NCBI RefSeq assembly: GCF_009914755.1
Contig: NC_060941.1
Reading direction: 5' to 3' (one strand)
Length of the DNA stretch: 64,000 bases
Source of the DNA: the human T2T-CHM13v2.0 reference genome, Homo sapiens
The position numbers were made by a program, and so were the translations under genes. The notes under the pieces were generated by a model that saw only the letters and a program-made list of their open reading frames with translations, did no database searches and was not told where the DNA came from. Of this stretch, positions 1 to 27,699 are shown piece by piece (position 1 is the first letter of the stretch; each line of letters begins with the position of its first letter).

Positions 1-79
1 GCGGTGATTAGGTACCTGTTTTTTTGGCATAAGGTCGGAGGCAAGGCAGTGAACTCTCTAAGCTCTCTAAATATATTTA

Positions 80-283
<204 letters not shown>

Positions 284-1155
284 CTAGCTACTTGGGAGGC
301 TAAAGTAGGAGGATCATTTGAGCCCGGGAGGCGGAGGTTTCAGCGAGCCGAGATCATGTCACTGGACTCCAGCCTGGGTGACAAAGTGAGACCCTGTCTC
401 GAAAAATAAATAAATAAATAAACATAGTTACCCTATTAACAGTGTGGCACAAATAGCCCTGTTTATCCAATAAACAGGTGTGCCTAGGACTTCAACAAGT
501 TTAAATTTGTCAAGTCGATCATAGATAAATATAAGATCTGTACATTTTACAGAACAGAAGCTGGACTCCAGCAGCCAGGGGGAGAATGCAGGAAGGAATC
601 CTTGCTCTTTTCACATAGCCTCTGATCATTGTCTCTTCCACACTGTCCTTGGGACTCTCTAGCAGCTGAAGGCAAAGCTATGTGACCCCAAGTATGTCTG
701 TCCAGGAGGGAAGAAAAGCATCTAAACCCTAGGGGAATGTCGGCAATGTGGGCTTGGCAAATGGGGAATGCCGGGAATGAGACCACAGTCCACGGTTCAG
801 ATAGCCCAGTGTGGCTCGCCCCGCCCTGATATCCTTCATGAAAATGAAGCGAGGCGGCTCCTGGAGAGGGGCTCTCTGCTTTGGAAGCTGTAAATTCTGC
901 TTCTGAATCATATTGCTTTTCTGAGCCCATGTGTCTTAATATAGCTAGAAAGATTTCATCCAGTCTGGCTCAGGCTGCAGAGAACTAAATATGTTGTCAA
1001 AATACTCCCTAAACTCAGGGTCCAACAAGACCACACAGGCAGCTGTCTTTATTATCACACTGTTCTGCCTAATACTTAGCAAAATATTTGTGAGAATGCT
1101 CCCATCGCGGTGCTCTTCAACATGAATTTCCCTTGGAGGTAGTTTTTTAAGTTAA

Positions 1156-1509
<354 letters not shown>

Positions 1510-1644
1510 TAGCCTCCCAAAGTGCTGGGATTACAGGCGTGAGCCACCGCACCTGGCCTTCCAAAATAAATTTTAAACATGGGCCAGGTGCGGTGGCTCA
1601 CGCCTGTAATCCCAACACTTTGGGAGGCCAAGGTGGGTGGATCA

Positions 1645-2157
<513 letters not shown>

Positions 2158-2339
2158 TAGCCAGGATGGTCTCGATCTCCTGACCTTGTGATCCGCCCGC
2201 CTTGGCCTCCCAAAGTGCTGGGATTACAGGCGTGAGCCACCGCGCCCGGCCATTTCCCTGTCTTTTTTAGCTCTGGATTTAACTAATCATCACAACAACC
2301 TCATCTACCTTTTGCTGACCACTTCCTCCACATCTTCTG

Positions 2340-2480
2340 TTCATTATCTCATTTAACAAGCCAACGAGAAAGTTCCATTATTATTCAAATTCTACAGACA
2401 AGGAAACTGAGGCTTAGAAAGAAGTCCCTTTGTCAGTTAAGTATCAGATCTAGAATTCAAACTTGGGTCTGTCTGACTAG
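2340..2480 (-). mobile_element. MIR
   Basis: tacagacaaggaaactgaggcttagaa core. Confidence 0.75.
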
Positions 2481-2588
2481 CCACAGCTTGTAACCCCCAC
2501 ACCTACTGCCTCAGTAGCTGTAAGAACACTGAAGTATTAAACTGCATCAAACACATTAGAAACTTTCTCGGCCGGGCGCGGTGGCTCA

Positions 2589-2998
<410 letters not shown>

Positions 2999-3442
2999 AA
3001 AAATAAATAAATAGGCTGGGCGTGGTGGCTCACGCCGGTAATCCCAGCACTTTGGGAGGCCGAGGCGGACAGATCACCTAAGGTCAGGAGTTTGAGACCA
3101 GCGTGGCCAACATGGCAAAACCCCACCTCTACTAAAAGTACAAAAATTAGCCGGGCATTGTGGCATGTGCCTGTAATCCCAGCTACTCAGGAGGCTGTGG
3201 CAGGAAAAGCTTGAACCCAGGAGGCCAAGGTTGCAGTGAGCCGAGATCGCACCACTGCACTCCAGCCTGGGCAACAAGAGCAAGACTCCGTCTCAACAAT
3301 ACGATACCATACGATATGATACAATACAACTCTAAAACACACTAAAGTGGCCGGGCGCAGTGGCTCACGCCTATAATCCCAGCACTTTGGGAGGCCGAGG
3401 CAGGCGGATCAAGAGGTCAGGAGATCGAGACCATCCTAGCTA

Positions 3443-3670
<228 letters not shown>

Positions 3671-3809
3671 CTAAAGAAGCACATTTAATGCATGCTCTTT
3701 GACAGCAAAGCTGGGTTTTCAGTACATGTCTTTTCATGTTGGAGACAAACTATTTCTGCAGGATTACTGGCCAGCCAGTTTACCAAAGTATGAGGTCTCT
3801 GGTCCCCTA

Positions 3810-4402
<593 letters not shown>

Positions 4403-4806
4403 TTACTCCAACTTTTTGTGGTGAAAATCAAGGCAGGGATCTGGAAATCATGTTTAAATAAAGCTGCCTTCCTTACGGAGCTCATTCCTGCTGTTAGAGG
4501 AGGCTTTATAAGCGTATTCTTGATAGTCTTTGCAGTTCAAAAGTATCTCCACGTGCATGATTTCATCTGAGTGAGCAAGCGTCCTGTCTTCCTCTAGTGC
4601 TGGTATCCAATACCCTCTCTCTCTACATGCCCCAACAAATAACCAAGTGAGGTGGGCTGCCTTGGAATAGCAGCCCCTGGAAGGCAGCAGCAAGCAGGGT
4701 TCCAAGTCTGCAGGCTCTGACCAGGGTAGAACATCTGGGGAGATAGACTTGATTTCAAACAATGAGGGTCATGGTGATTCAGTGTTGGCACTAGAACAAA
4801 ATGTAG

Positions 4807-5082
<276 letters not shown>

Positions 5083-6267
5083 TGATCCACCCACCTCAGC
5101 TTCCCAAAGTTCTGGGATTACAGGCATAAGCCACCGCACCTGGCCTTATTTTTAAAATAAATAGAGACGTCCAACTCCTGGGCTCCAGCGATCCTCCTGC
5201 CTCAGCCTCTCAAAATGCTGGAATTATAGGCATGAGCCACTGCACCCGGCCAAATGTTTATTTTTTAGGAATATAATTTTTTTCCTAGGTTCAGCTGGTA
5301 TTACAATGCTAAGAAGGAAGAAAAGCCTGTTGTGTATGTTTTTATATTTTAAAAATTTGGGTTTTTTTTCGAACTAGATAAATTTGGTCTTTATCATCTG
5401 TTGGATGCTCATGCTTGTGCCTGGCTCATTTCAAGAGCATGATGAATGAAAATTTTAAAGAGCAGGGCGGGAGAAATCTCTCTGACATTTTGTTTCAGCG
5501 CCGACACTGAGTCACCATTACCCTCATTTGTGGACCACAGATTTTAAAACATCTTTGACCAAGTTGTTCCTCTGCAACCTTGAATAGCCTGGTTGTATTT
5601 ATTTATTTGAGATGGAGTCTTGCTCTGTCACCCAGGCTGGAGTGCAGTGGCGCAATCTCAGCTCACTGCAACCTCCGCCTCCCAGGTTCAAGCAATTCTC
5701 TGCCTCAGCCTCCAGAGTAGCTGGGATTACAGGTGCCCACCACCATGCCCGGCTAATTTATGTATTTTTAGTAGAGATGGGATTTCACCGTCTTCCAGGC
5801 TGGTCTTGAACTCCTGACCTCATGATCCACCCGCCTCAGCCTCCCAAAGTGCTGGGATTATAGGCGTGAGCTACCACGCCTGGCTAACTAGGTTGCTTAT
5901 TAAGGACAAAGAAAACAAGGTTGCATACTGTACCTTCAAGTTAAGCTCGAATTTTCCCTTTTGGTCTGGAAGCTGGAATGGCATGTTCACATTGGCTGGG
6001 GTCACCAGGGGTGTGTGAAGCAAGCATCTGCTCCCTAAATAATGTGCCCTATCCTCTTGCAAACTCAGACAGCAATGGAAATCAGCCTAATGTCTCCCAC
6101 TGTGGAAAGGGTGTGATGAATGACAAGCTTAGGGTTTATTTTCAGTGTCCACTCACAGTCCATTTATTGTGTGATACTGAATAAAACTACTTATCCTGGT
6201 TGTCCCACATTTCTGCCTTCCAGAACATGGATACGGTGTTGATACATCTGCAGGGATGTCTTAATAG

Positions 6268-6645
<378 letters not shown>

Positions 6646-6700
6646 TGACCTTGTGATCTGCCCACCTAAGCCTCCCAAAGTGCTGGGGTTACAGGCGTGA

Positions 6701-7070
<370 letters not shown>

Positions 7071-7363
7071 TAAACCACACGCTAACCACACCCCATGATA
7101 AAATCAAAACAAAACCAAGGCAACAACTTGTGTCCCTCAGCCTTCTCTTCCTAGACAAACTGCTCAGCCACAGGGTATCTCTTCCTGAGCACAAGAGGAC
7201 TGCTTTCCCAGAGAGAGAGCATCTCCATTTATTAGCTGACATCGCTTACAGTCATTGCTGTGCCAACTCACCCCTGACCCCATCCCCTCACCTGGAGAAA
7301 GTGGCAAAAAGGAATAGTGACAACTTGGACATCTGACACCACCAACCTGGCAAGGGACTGTCA

Positions 7364-7693
<330 letters not shown>

Positions 7694-8466
7694 CTACTAA
7701 AAAAAAATTTATTTATTTATTTTTTGAGACAGAGTTTTGCTCTTTTTGCCCAGGCTGGAGTACAACGGTGCAATCTCCGCTCACTGCAACCTCTGACTCT
7801 CGGGTTCAAGTGATTCTCCTGCCTCAGCCTCCCAAAGTGCTGGGATTACGGGCATGAGCCACCGCACCCGGCCTAAAAAAATTTTTTGGTAGAGACGGGG
7901 TTTCACCCTGTTGGCCAGGCTGGTCTTGAACTTCTGACCTCAGGTGATCCATAGGTGTGAACCACCGTGCCCGGCCTGACCAATTGTTTTGAATAGGAAT
8001 ATTATATTCCCAGGTATTGACAGCACCTCCAGACACCAACCAGTCACACTGCAAATTCCTGCCCTTGATCAGAAAGGATCCTGGGCAAAAAGTTGCACGT
8101 GAGCTGATACAAACACATCACTCCCCTTACACAAGGAGGAATAACCATATGGGGAAATGACCTTCCATAAGGAAGTGCAACAGGCAACAGTTATTCCTCT
8201 GGGGGCATCTTCCTTCTCGGGGCAACTCATCACCTCTCAGATTTGAGTATACTCAGAAGTGATCAGGCCATTGGGTCAGGCAGGTGCTAACTGTGCTAAC
8301 CAGGAATCTTAAGACTGATGCATGAGGCTGGGCACGAGGGCTCATGCCTGTAATCCCAGCACTTCGGGAGGCTGAGGGCATATGGCTTGAGGCCAGGAGT
8401 TTGAGACCAGCCTGGGCAACGTGGCGAAACCCCACCTCTTACAAAAACTAAAAAAAGAGTTAGTCA

Positions 8467-8640
<174 letters not shown>

Positions 8641-9204
8641 TTAGCTAGGTGTAGTGGCACCTGCCTGTAGTCCCAGTTACTGGGGAGGCTGAGGTGGGAG
8701 GATTGCTTGAGCCCAGGAGCTGGAGGCTGCCGTGGAGCTGCAATTGTGTCACTACACTCCAGCCTGAGTGACAGAGCCAAAACCCTGTCTCAAAAACGAA
8801 ACAAAATACAACAAAAATATGTCAGGCGTGGTAGTTCATGCCTCTAATCCCAGCACTTTGGGAGGCCGAGGAGGGCAGATCACTTGAGGTCAGGAGTTCA
8901 AACCAGCCTGGTCAACATGGTGAAACCCCCATCTCTACTAAAAATACAAAAATTAGCTGGACGTGGTGGTGCACACTTGTAATCCCAGCTACTTGGGAAG
9001 CTGAGGCGGGAGGATCATTTGAACCAGGAGGTGGAGATTGCAGTGAGCCGAGATTGTGCTCCTGCATTCCAGTCTGGGTGACACAGCGAGAGTCCGTCTC
9101 TAAATAAATAAATAAAGACCAATGTATGAACACATTGGAGCCACAATTGTGCCACTGCATTCTGGCCTGAGCCACAGAGCAAAACTCTGTCTCTAAAAAA
9201 ATTA

Positions 9205-9720
<516 letters not shown>

Positions 9721-9729
9721 CTACCTCTT

Positions 9730-10910
<1,181 letters not shown>

Positions 10911-10912
10911 AA

Positions 10913-12036
<1,124 letters not shown>

Positions 12037-12313
12037 TTAAAAAAAAAGACTCTGGCCTCAGTTTTTTCATCTCTGAAATGGAGATGATAGTTATTATATA
12101 AAGCACTTAGAACAGTGTGTAGTACATAGTAAGCCCTACATAATGGTTAACTATTACTGATATTATTATCATTACTGATATGTGTCTCCTAGGACACCCC
12201 TTAGCTGGTTTTAAGGCCCTCAAGAAGCTGAGTCAAAAGAATGCTTAGAAAGCACAAAGTCAGAAGTACGTGGACGTCCTTGTGGGATACTGCATCAGAC
12301 CTTGGAAAGCCCT

Positions 12314-15600
<3,287 letters not shown>

Positions 15601-16053
15601 GGCTGGGATTACCGGCACCATGCCCGGCTGTTTGTTATTTTTAAAGACAGTGTCTTACTCTGTTGTCTTGGCTAGAGTGTATTGAAGCTGTCATAGCTCA
15701 CTGAGGCCTCCAACTCCTGCCCTCGAGCAATCTTCCTGCCTCAGCCTCTCAGAAAAAAAGTATTTCTAAGACGGAGAAGGGTGGGCCAAAAATAGCTCTA
15801 ACTGTTTCAGGAAGCATGTCTTGTTACCCTACAAGGCCCTGACCATTCACTGACAAAGAGTGCTTCTCTGCGCGATGTTTGACTGCCTCTCCAATACTCT
15901 CCATCCTGTTTCAGACAATGTGTCTCCCTCTGTAGATGAGCCAGTGTTCTACTGGACTGGGAGGAACCCAGCTACCTCCTCCCATTAGCGTACCTCCCAT
16001 ATTGAAGCAACTCAGTTTTTTATTATTTTTTGAGACGGAGTCTCGCTCTGTAG

Positions 16054-16251
<198 letters not shown>

Positions 16252-16614
16252 TGATCCTCCGGCCTCGGCCTCCCAAAGTGCTGGGATTACAGGCGTGAGC
16301 CACCTCGCCTGGCCCCAACTCAGTTTTAGAGAACCCCAGAGGCAGCTATATAAATATTGTTTAGGTACAGCAGGGGGCTTCTTTGGCCCTTATAAATCTA
16401 GACACTGTTACTTAAACCCTGTTCAAAAGACTTCTTTGAGGCCGGACGCAGTGGCTCACGCCTGTAATTCCAGAACTTTTGTAGGACAAGGTGGGTGGAT
16501 CACTGAGGTCAGGAATTCGAGATCAGCCTGACCAACGTGGTGAAACCCCATCTTTACTAAAAATACAAAAATTAGCCAGGCGTGGTGGCAGGCGCCTGTA
16601 ATGCCCCCTATTCA

Positions 16615-16809
<195 letters not shown>

Positions 16810-17142
16810 TTACTTGAGGGACTCTCCCCCCATCCCATGGGTGTAGTTCCTTATCCAAGAGCACAGACTGAGATGTGAAACATACCCTTGCCACTTGTCA
16901 CTAAACCAACTGCTCACACAAGGTTTCTATACATGTAGAGATCTCTGTAGGACAGTTGGGAAGATGCAGGGATTTACATCGTAGAAACGTGAGCAGCTTT
17001 CAATTCAGTGTCAGTGTTTTTTCTCCAAAAGTCCTCTGCCATTTCCACCGTTCAGGCTCCAGCTTCCTTACACATGGCTCAGCCTTCCTCTCTGCTCTCT
17101 CCTCTCTTTCTCTTCCAATTCTAAATTTTTGGTTCATTTTTA

Positions 17143-17445
<303 letters not shown>

Positions 17446-17448
17446 TTA

Positions 17449-17816
<368 letters not shown>

Positions 17817-17956
17817 TTATGGCTGGGCATGGTGGCTGTCACCTGTAATGCCAGCACTTTGGGAGGCCGAGATGGGCAGATCACCTGAGGTCAGGAGTTC
17901 GAGACCAGCCTATCCAACATGGTGAAACCCCGTCTCTACTAAAAATACAAAAATTA

Positions 17957-18139
<183 letters not shown>

Positions 18140-18216
18140 TCACGCCTGTAATCCCAACACTTTGGGAGGGTGAGGCGGGCGGATCACGAGGTCAGAAATC
18201 GAGACCATCGTGGCTA

Positions 18217-18852
<636 letters not shown>

Positions 18853-19152
18853 TTAAAACATTTACCAGTGATTTTCCTATGCAAAGACAGTTTCCTCCCC
18901 AGGAGGAATTTTGGTGTCACTGTTAGGACACAAATGTACATGTCAACAATCCCTCTGATAATCTGAGAGAAATTAAAAAGTAGTAAGGCACTATCCCTGC
19001 TCTCAAAGAGCTTAAAATTTAGTGAATGAAGTGATATTTACACCTCAAATGCTAAGAAGCCGTTCAAAAATAGTCAAGAATGCTAGGCAGAGATGACTGG
19101 GATTGGTATTTGGGAAATAAAGTGCCAGATAAGGTTTCTGGGATGGGAGTAG

Positions 19153-19455
<303 letters not shown>

Positions 19456-20619
19456 TGAACTCCTGACCTCAGGTGATCTGCCCGCCTCGGCCTCCCAAAA
19501 TGCTAGGATTACAGGCATCAGCCACCGTGCCCGGCCCTTATTTTTCTTTTCTTTTCTTTCTTTTGAGACAATCTTCCTGTGTCACCCAGGCTGGAGTACA
19601 GTGGCATGAACACAGCTGACCCTAGCCTTGACCTCCTGGGCTCAACGAATCCTCCCATGTACTATAGCTGGGACCACAGGCATGCATCGCCACGCCTGGC
19701 CAATTTTTTAAAATCTTTAAAAAAATTTTTGTAAATACAAGGTCTCACTTTGTGGCCCAGTCTGGTCTCCAACTCCTGGCCTCACGCAAGCCTCCTGCCT
19801 TGGCCTCCCAAAGTGCTGGGATTAAACAGACATGAGCTAATACACCTGACCCAAGACTGCTATTTCTAGCTTATCTTCTACAAACTCATCTTCCTCTTAA
19901 GCTTGACTGTCTCATTTCTCTACTTAAAAATGTTGGAGGAGGAAATGTTCACCTCCAGCATTTATCTTCTGGTGATTCATAATGTCCCTGGCTCCTTAGA
20001 AAATAGTCGCAATCTCGTCTAGCTTTATCTTCTGTTGCACTCCCTCTGACCAAACGCCAAACTATCCAAGCACAACAGGCAACGAAGATTAGTCTCAGTT
20101 TCTACGAATGTGCAGTGAAATACAGCTTCTGCTCTGGAAGTTAAGATGGCTGCTTTGCAGCACACGGAAGACCTTGGTGTCTGTGAGCATAGACTAAGGC
20201 TACTGATTTCATTATTCCTGGAAATCAAACAAAAAGAGGCTTCCAGTACAGGGAATATCAAAGATCGGTAAGATGATACACGCATGATGCTAAACTTATG
20301 GCTAGGCAACCTCTGCTCCATTGCTTTTTTTTTTTTTTTTTTTGAGACAGTCTCACTTACTCTGTCACCCAGGCTGGAGTGCAATGGCATGATCTCGGCT
20401 CACTGCAACCTCCACCTCCGGGTTCAAGTGATTCTCTTGCCTCAGCCTCCCAAGTAGCTAGGATTTCAGGTGCACACCACCATGCCTGGCTAATTTTTGT
20501 ATTTTTTGTAGAGAGGAGGTTTCACCATGCTGGCCAGGCTGGTCTTGAACTCCTGACCTCAAGTGAACTGCCCACCTCGGCCTCCCAAAGTGTTGGGATT
20601 ACAGGCATGAGCCACTGCT

Positions 20620-20810
20620 CCATTGACATTTTGAACCAGATGATTCTTTGTTGTGGGTTGTACTGTAAGTTGTAGGATATTTAGCAACATTCCTGGCCTC
20701 TACACATTAGATGCCAGTAGCAGCCCTCTCCCAACCCCTGTAGTGACAACCAAAAATGTCTCCAGACATTGCCAAATGTCCCTAGGAGGCAAAATCATCC
20801 CCCAACTGAA
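20620..20810 (+). mobile_element. MER20 (hAT-Charlie) fragment
   Basis: cattcctggcctctac...agatgccagtagca...gacaaccaaaaatgtctccagacattgccaaatgtcc. Confidence 0.85.
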
Positions 20811-20841
20811 AGTGTACATAGGCTCACACCCAGAATCCTAG

Positions 20842-21122
<281 letters not shown>

Positions 21123-21256
21123 TAAGCCACCACAACTGGCTGAATCCTAGCATTTTGGGAGGCCAAGGCAAGAGGGCTGCTTGAGAACAGGAGTTTGAGA
21201 CCATCCTGGGCAACATAGTAAGACCCTATCTCTACAAAAAAAAAATTAAAAAGAGA

Positions 21257-21259
<3 letters not shown>

Positions 21260-21296
<37 letters not shown>
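21260..21296. repeat. (GT)18 microsatellite
   Basis: Read directly from the sequence. Confidence 0.95.
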
Positions 21297-21300
<4 letters not shown>

Positions 21301-21459
21301 TTTTTTTTTTGAGATGGCGTCTCGCTCTATTGCCCAGGCTGAAGTGCAGTGGTGCAATCCAGGCTCACTGAAACCTCTGCCTCCTGGGTTCAAGCGATTC
21401 TCCTCCCTCAACCTCCCAAGTAGCTGGGATTACAGGCACCCACCTGCATGCCTGGCTAA

Positions 21460-21669
<210 letters not shown>

Positions 21670-21933
21670 TAAACCTACATAACTCTCACCCTAATCAAGA
21701 TATGGGGCATTTCCTTCACCTCTCAAAAGTTCCCTTCTGCCCTTCTGCAGTCCATCCTTGCCTGTCCTCCAGATTCCCATCTTAGGAGTTGATATGAATG
21801 GAATTGCAGGGTACATAACCTGTTATGTCTGGCTTCTTCCCTTCCTCATGCCATTTGTGTGATTCTTTCAGATTGGGATGTGTATCAGTGGCCTCATTCA
21901 CTTACTTACTTACGTATTTATTTATTTATTTGA

Positions 21934-22230
<297 letters not shown>

Positions 22231-22406
22231 TAGTATTCCCTTGTTCAGATCCACCACCATTTGGGTACCTGTTCCCCAGCTGGTGGATATTCAGTTTGTT
22301 TCCCATTTGGGGTGCTTATGAACAATGTCTTTGGGTGGCCATTTATTGTTACCTAGGGATCTAACTTTTGCAGATTGTGAATGCAGTATGGGAATGGGGA
22401 CCGTAG

Positions 22407-22682
<276 letters not shown>

Positions 22683-23018
22683 TAGCCAGGATGGTCTCGA
22701 TCTCCTGACCTCATGATCCGCCTGTCTTGGCCTCCCAAAGTGCTGGGATTACAGGCGTGAACCACCACGCCCAGCCCTTTTTTGTTTTTCTGAGGCAGGT
22801 CTCACTCTGTCGCCCAGGCTGGAGTGCAGTGTCACAGTCACAGCTCACTGCAGGCTCAACATCCTGGGCTCAAATGATCCTTGCACGTCAGTCTCCTGAG
22901 TAGCTGGCACCACAGTTGTGCACCATGCCTGGCTAATTATTTTTATTTTTAAATTTTTTGTAGAAATGGAGGCTCCCTGTGTTTCCCTGGCTGGTCTCAA
23001 ACCCCTGGGCTCAAGTGA

Positions 23019-23480
<462 letters not shown>

Positions 23481-23920
23481 TAGCCAGGATGGTCTCGATC
23501 TCCTGACCTCGTGATCCGCTCGCCTCGGCCTCCCAAAGTGCTGGGATTATAGGCGGGAGCCACCGCGCCCGGCCTAGGCAGAAGGCTCTTGCCGATGGAG
23601 CAAGCTGAACATGGGAACTACCTGTTCAAGAATCAACGGCTCAGATAATTTCACCAGGCCTCACATTGCAAGTATCCTCAGTCCCGACCCCGAATGCCAG
23701 CCTCTGTCTTCATCCATTGCTATCTCCCTCCAAACCTTTCCCCTGTGTGATTCGAAGCCCATTATTTCTTTTTTATTATATACTTTTTTCTCTTTTGAAA
23801 ATTTTTTTAATAGAGAAGGCATCTCGCTATGTTCCCCAGGTGGGTCTTGAACTCCTAGGCTCAAGCAATCTGCCCACCTCTGCCTCCCAAAGTGCTGGAA
23901 TTACAGGCATGCAGGCATGA

Positions 23921-24169
<249 letters not shown>

Positions 24170-24349
24170 TGAACTCAGGTGATACACCCACCTCAGCCTC
24201 CCAAAGGACTGGGCTTACAGAAGTGAGCCACTGCACCCAGCCTACTCCTGTTACTTTTAAACAAATGACTAGGTTGAAAAGATGGCTGCCAGGTGCGGTG
24301 GCTCACGCCTGTAATCCCATCACTTCGGAAGGCCAAGGTGGGTGGATCA

Positions 24350-24613
<264 letters not shown>

Positions 24614-24963
24614 TCAGGGTGTGGGAGGACCTTGCCCTGCTTGTGTGTGATTCTGCACGTCATTCCTGGCTCAACAGCCTGAATGAGTCCTGCTGGATCA
24701 CTCTCGTTTCTGACTCACTTCTCATATCTCTGTTTAGATGAAGGGAAATCTTATAGATAAACAAGAGTGTTTTCTCGCTGATGCTTTGTCCAGTACTATG
24801 CTCTAAATTGGCCTTGACCAGGTAATCTGGAGCTGGCAGAGGTAGCTTCTGTCATTGTAACTCAGATGATATGAGATCTGAGGTGCAGAAATCGAGTTAT
24901 CCCTTCCTCCTTCACCCTAAACCTTAAGTCCAGCCACTAGACTGTGCCTGTTCTACCTGCTAA

Positions 24964-25233
<270 letters not shown>

Positions 25234-25295
25234 TGATCTGCCCGCCTCAGCCCCCTAAAGTGCTGTGATTACAGGCGTGAGCCACCGTGCCCAGC

Positions 25296-25377
25296 AGTGT
25301 TAGTGTAGTTTATGTGTGGCCCAAGACAATTCTTCTTCCAACATGGCCCAGGGAAGCCAAAAGATTGAACACTCCTG
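25296..25377 (-). mobile_element. MER30 terminal fragment
   Basis: ggcccaagacaattcttcttcc...ggcccagggaagccaaaagattg.acac.cctg resembles a MER30 end. Confidence 0.75.
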
Positions 25378-26583
25378 AGCTAAGGGAAATGGCATGTAAG
25401 GCTGGAGGGGGAGGGACTGAGAACACAGATGGGGAAAAGGAGGAAAAGGCTGTCTTCCTGCAGGAACATAGAAAGGGAAAGAGAAGTGGATGAAGTAGAT
25501 GAGAAATCTCCAAGGGAAGGCCTTGGTCTTCTTCTCAATAGACTCATCTTGGTACTCATCTGAAGACATGGGAAGCTTCAGAAAAATGAAGAAGGATTGG
25601 TATAGCTGCTTGGGGTTGCTAGACAACCAACAAGACTTGGTTAAGGGACCTCAGATCTGCAAAGCTAATTCAGGGTGAATTTAGAGTGGGCACATTGGCA
25701 TGTTCTGGCTTGAGTGATTTGATTTACTCATGTAGCAAAATTTTATGGCTGAGGGGACTGACAGAGGAAGTGGTCAGGCAGATGGAGAGTTGCAGAGCCC
25801 TTGAAACTAGCAGGCATTCAGTGCAATTTCATTGAGTGATATTCATAAAACCCAGTGGAGCTGAAAAACCAGTGTGGCCAGAGGGGGCTGAGAGGTTCAA
25901 AGTGAAGTGACTGTGCTACATTTGTTAATCTTCCAAAGGCAGCCAACTAGATCTTAAGGGGTCAAGTGGAAAGATGTAATATATAGGTAGCCTGCTAGCT
26001 CAATTCAACAAATGTTAATGGATACAAGGCAGCAAGTAAGGTGCTGTGGAAACTGCTAAGATAAGCCAGCTGCCCGCAGGGAGTTTGAGGTCTTACAAAA
26101 AGAGCAATGCTGTATAAAGCAGACTTTTGCAAAGGTGGCAATGCAGACACAGAGAAGGAGGCCCAGCATTATATATAGAGAGAGTCAATGACTAAAACCC
26201 AGGGAAAGGCTGGGAGTGGTGGCTCACACTTGCGATCCCAGCATTTTGGGAGGCTGAGGCAGGAGGACTGCTTGAGGCCAGGAGTTTGAGACTAACCTGG
26301 GCAACATAGCAAGACCCCATCTCTATAAAAAATAAAAAAATTAGCTGGGTGTGGTGGTTCGCACCTGTAGTCCTAGCTACTCAGGAGGCTGAGGTGGGAG
26401 GATTGCTTGAGCCCAGGTGTTCGAGGCTGCAGTGAGCTATGATGGCACCACTGCACTTGCCAGACTGGGTGACAGAGTGATACCCTGCTCTAAAAATAAA
26501 TAAATATGTACATACATACAAGAAAAAATAAAAGTCAAGGAAGGTAGCATTTGAGGTGGGCCTTTAGGTTGATTAAGTATTTA

Positions 26584-26901
<318 letters not shown>

Positions 26902-27699
26902 TCAAAAAAAAAAAGAAAAAAAGAACCTTTAAAGCAAAGCGTAGGGAACCATGTGACGAAGGAGCAGAGGTGGAAAGGTCTCTGTCACGTTTAAAGAATG
27001 GTGGTTAATCTATGTGGCTGCAGGAATAGTTTAGCCTGTGGGGACTTAGACCTGGAAACGTATGTCTGAGTCAATTTATGAAGGACTTTGAACATCAGGC
27101 AGAAAGATTTGGACCTATTTGCAAAGGTGAACTATCAGTTTTTGTGTGCAGGTTAGTGACATGATTCTTATGGCGTTTTAGGCAACAGCTAAACTGGGTC
27201 ATACAAGATTAGGTACTAAAATGCCATCTTCTTGTCCAGCTGAGAAAGGGATTTTAATTACGTAATTAAACTCATGAATGTGGGAAGGGGCTCTTACTTC
27301 ACAAGGCCAACCTCAGCTCTTTCCCAATTATATAAACAAGTTTTTGTTTGTTTTTTTGTTTTTGTTTTTTTTAAACAAGCCTTCCAGACTTAGATCTCTG
27401 GGAAAAGAGAAGTAAATACTGACACAGGCTTGCTTTGTTTTCCCAAGAGAGGTCTCCCAGGCGATTTATCTAATTACCTAGAAAAAAAATTTAACTTGTT
27501 TTTCCCTTTAGATTTCAGCCGAGCTGGAAGCGGGAGGGGGGAATTGCAGTATTGCCTTAGATTTTCTAGATTTGGTTTGGACGCAATATTCGTCCTGAGG
27601 GAGTCCCTCCAAGGCCTCTCGGAGCGGGCAGCCTCTAGGCATTTGTTCAAGGCAACAAGGAGGGAGCTTAGAAGAACTTAAGAGAGGCGGGGAGCTCTG

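Noticed and set aside
547-930. 127-aa minus-strand ORF
   Set aside because: I recognise no homology or supporting gene structure.
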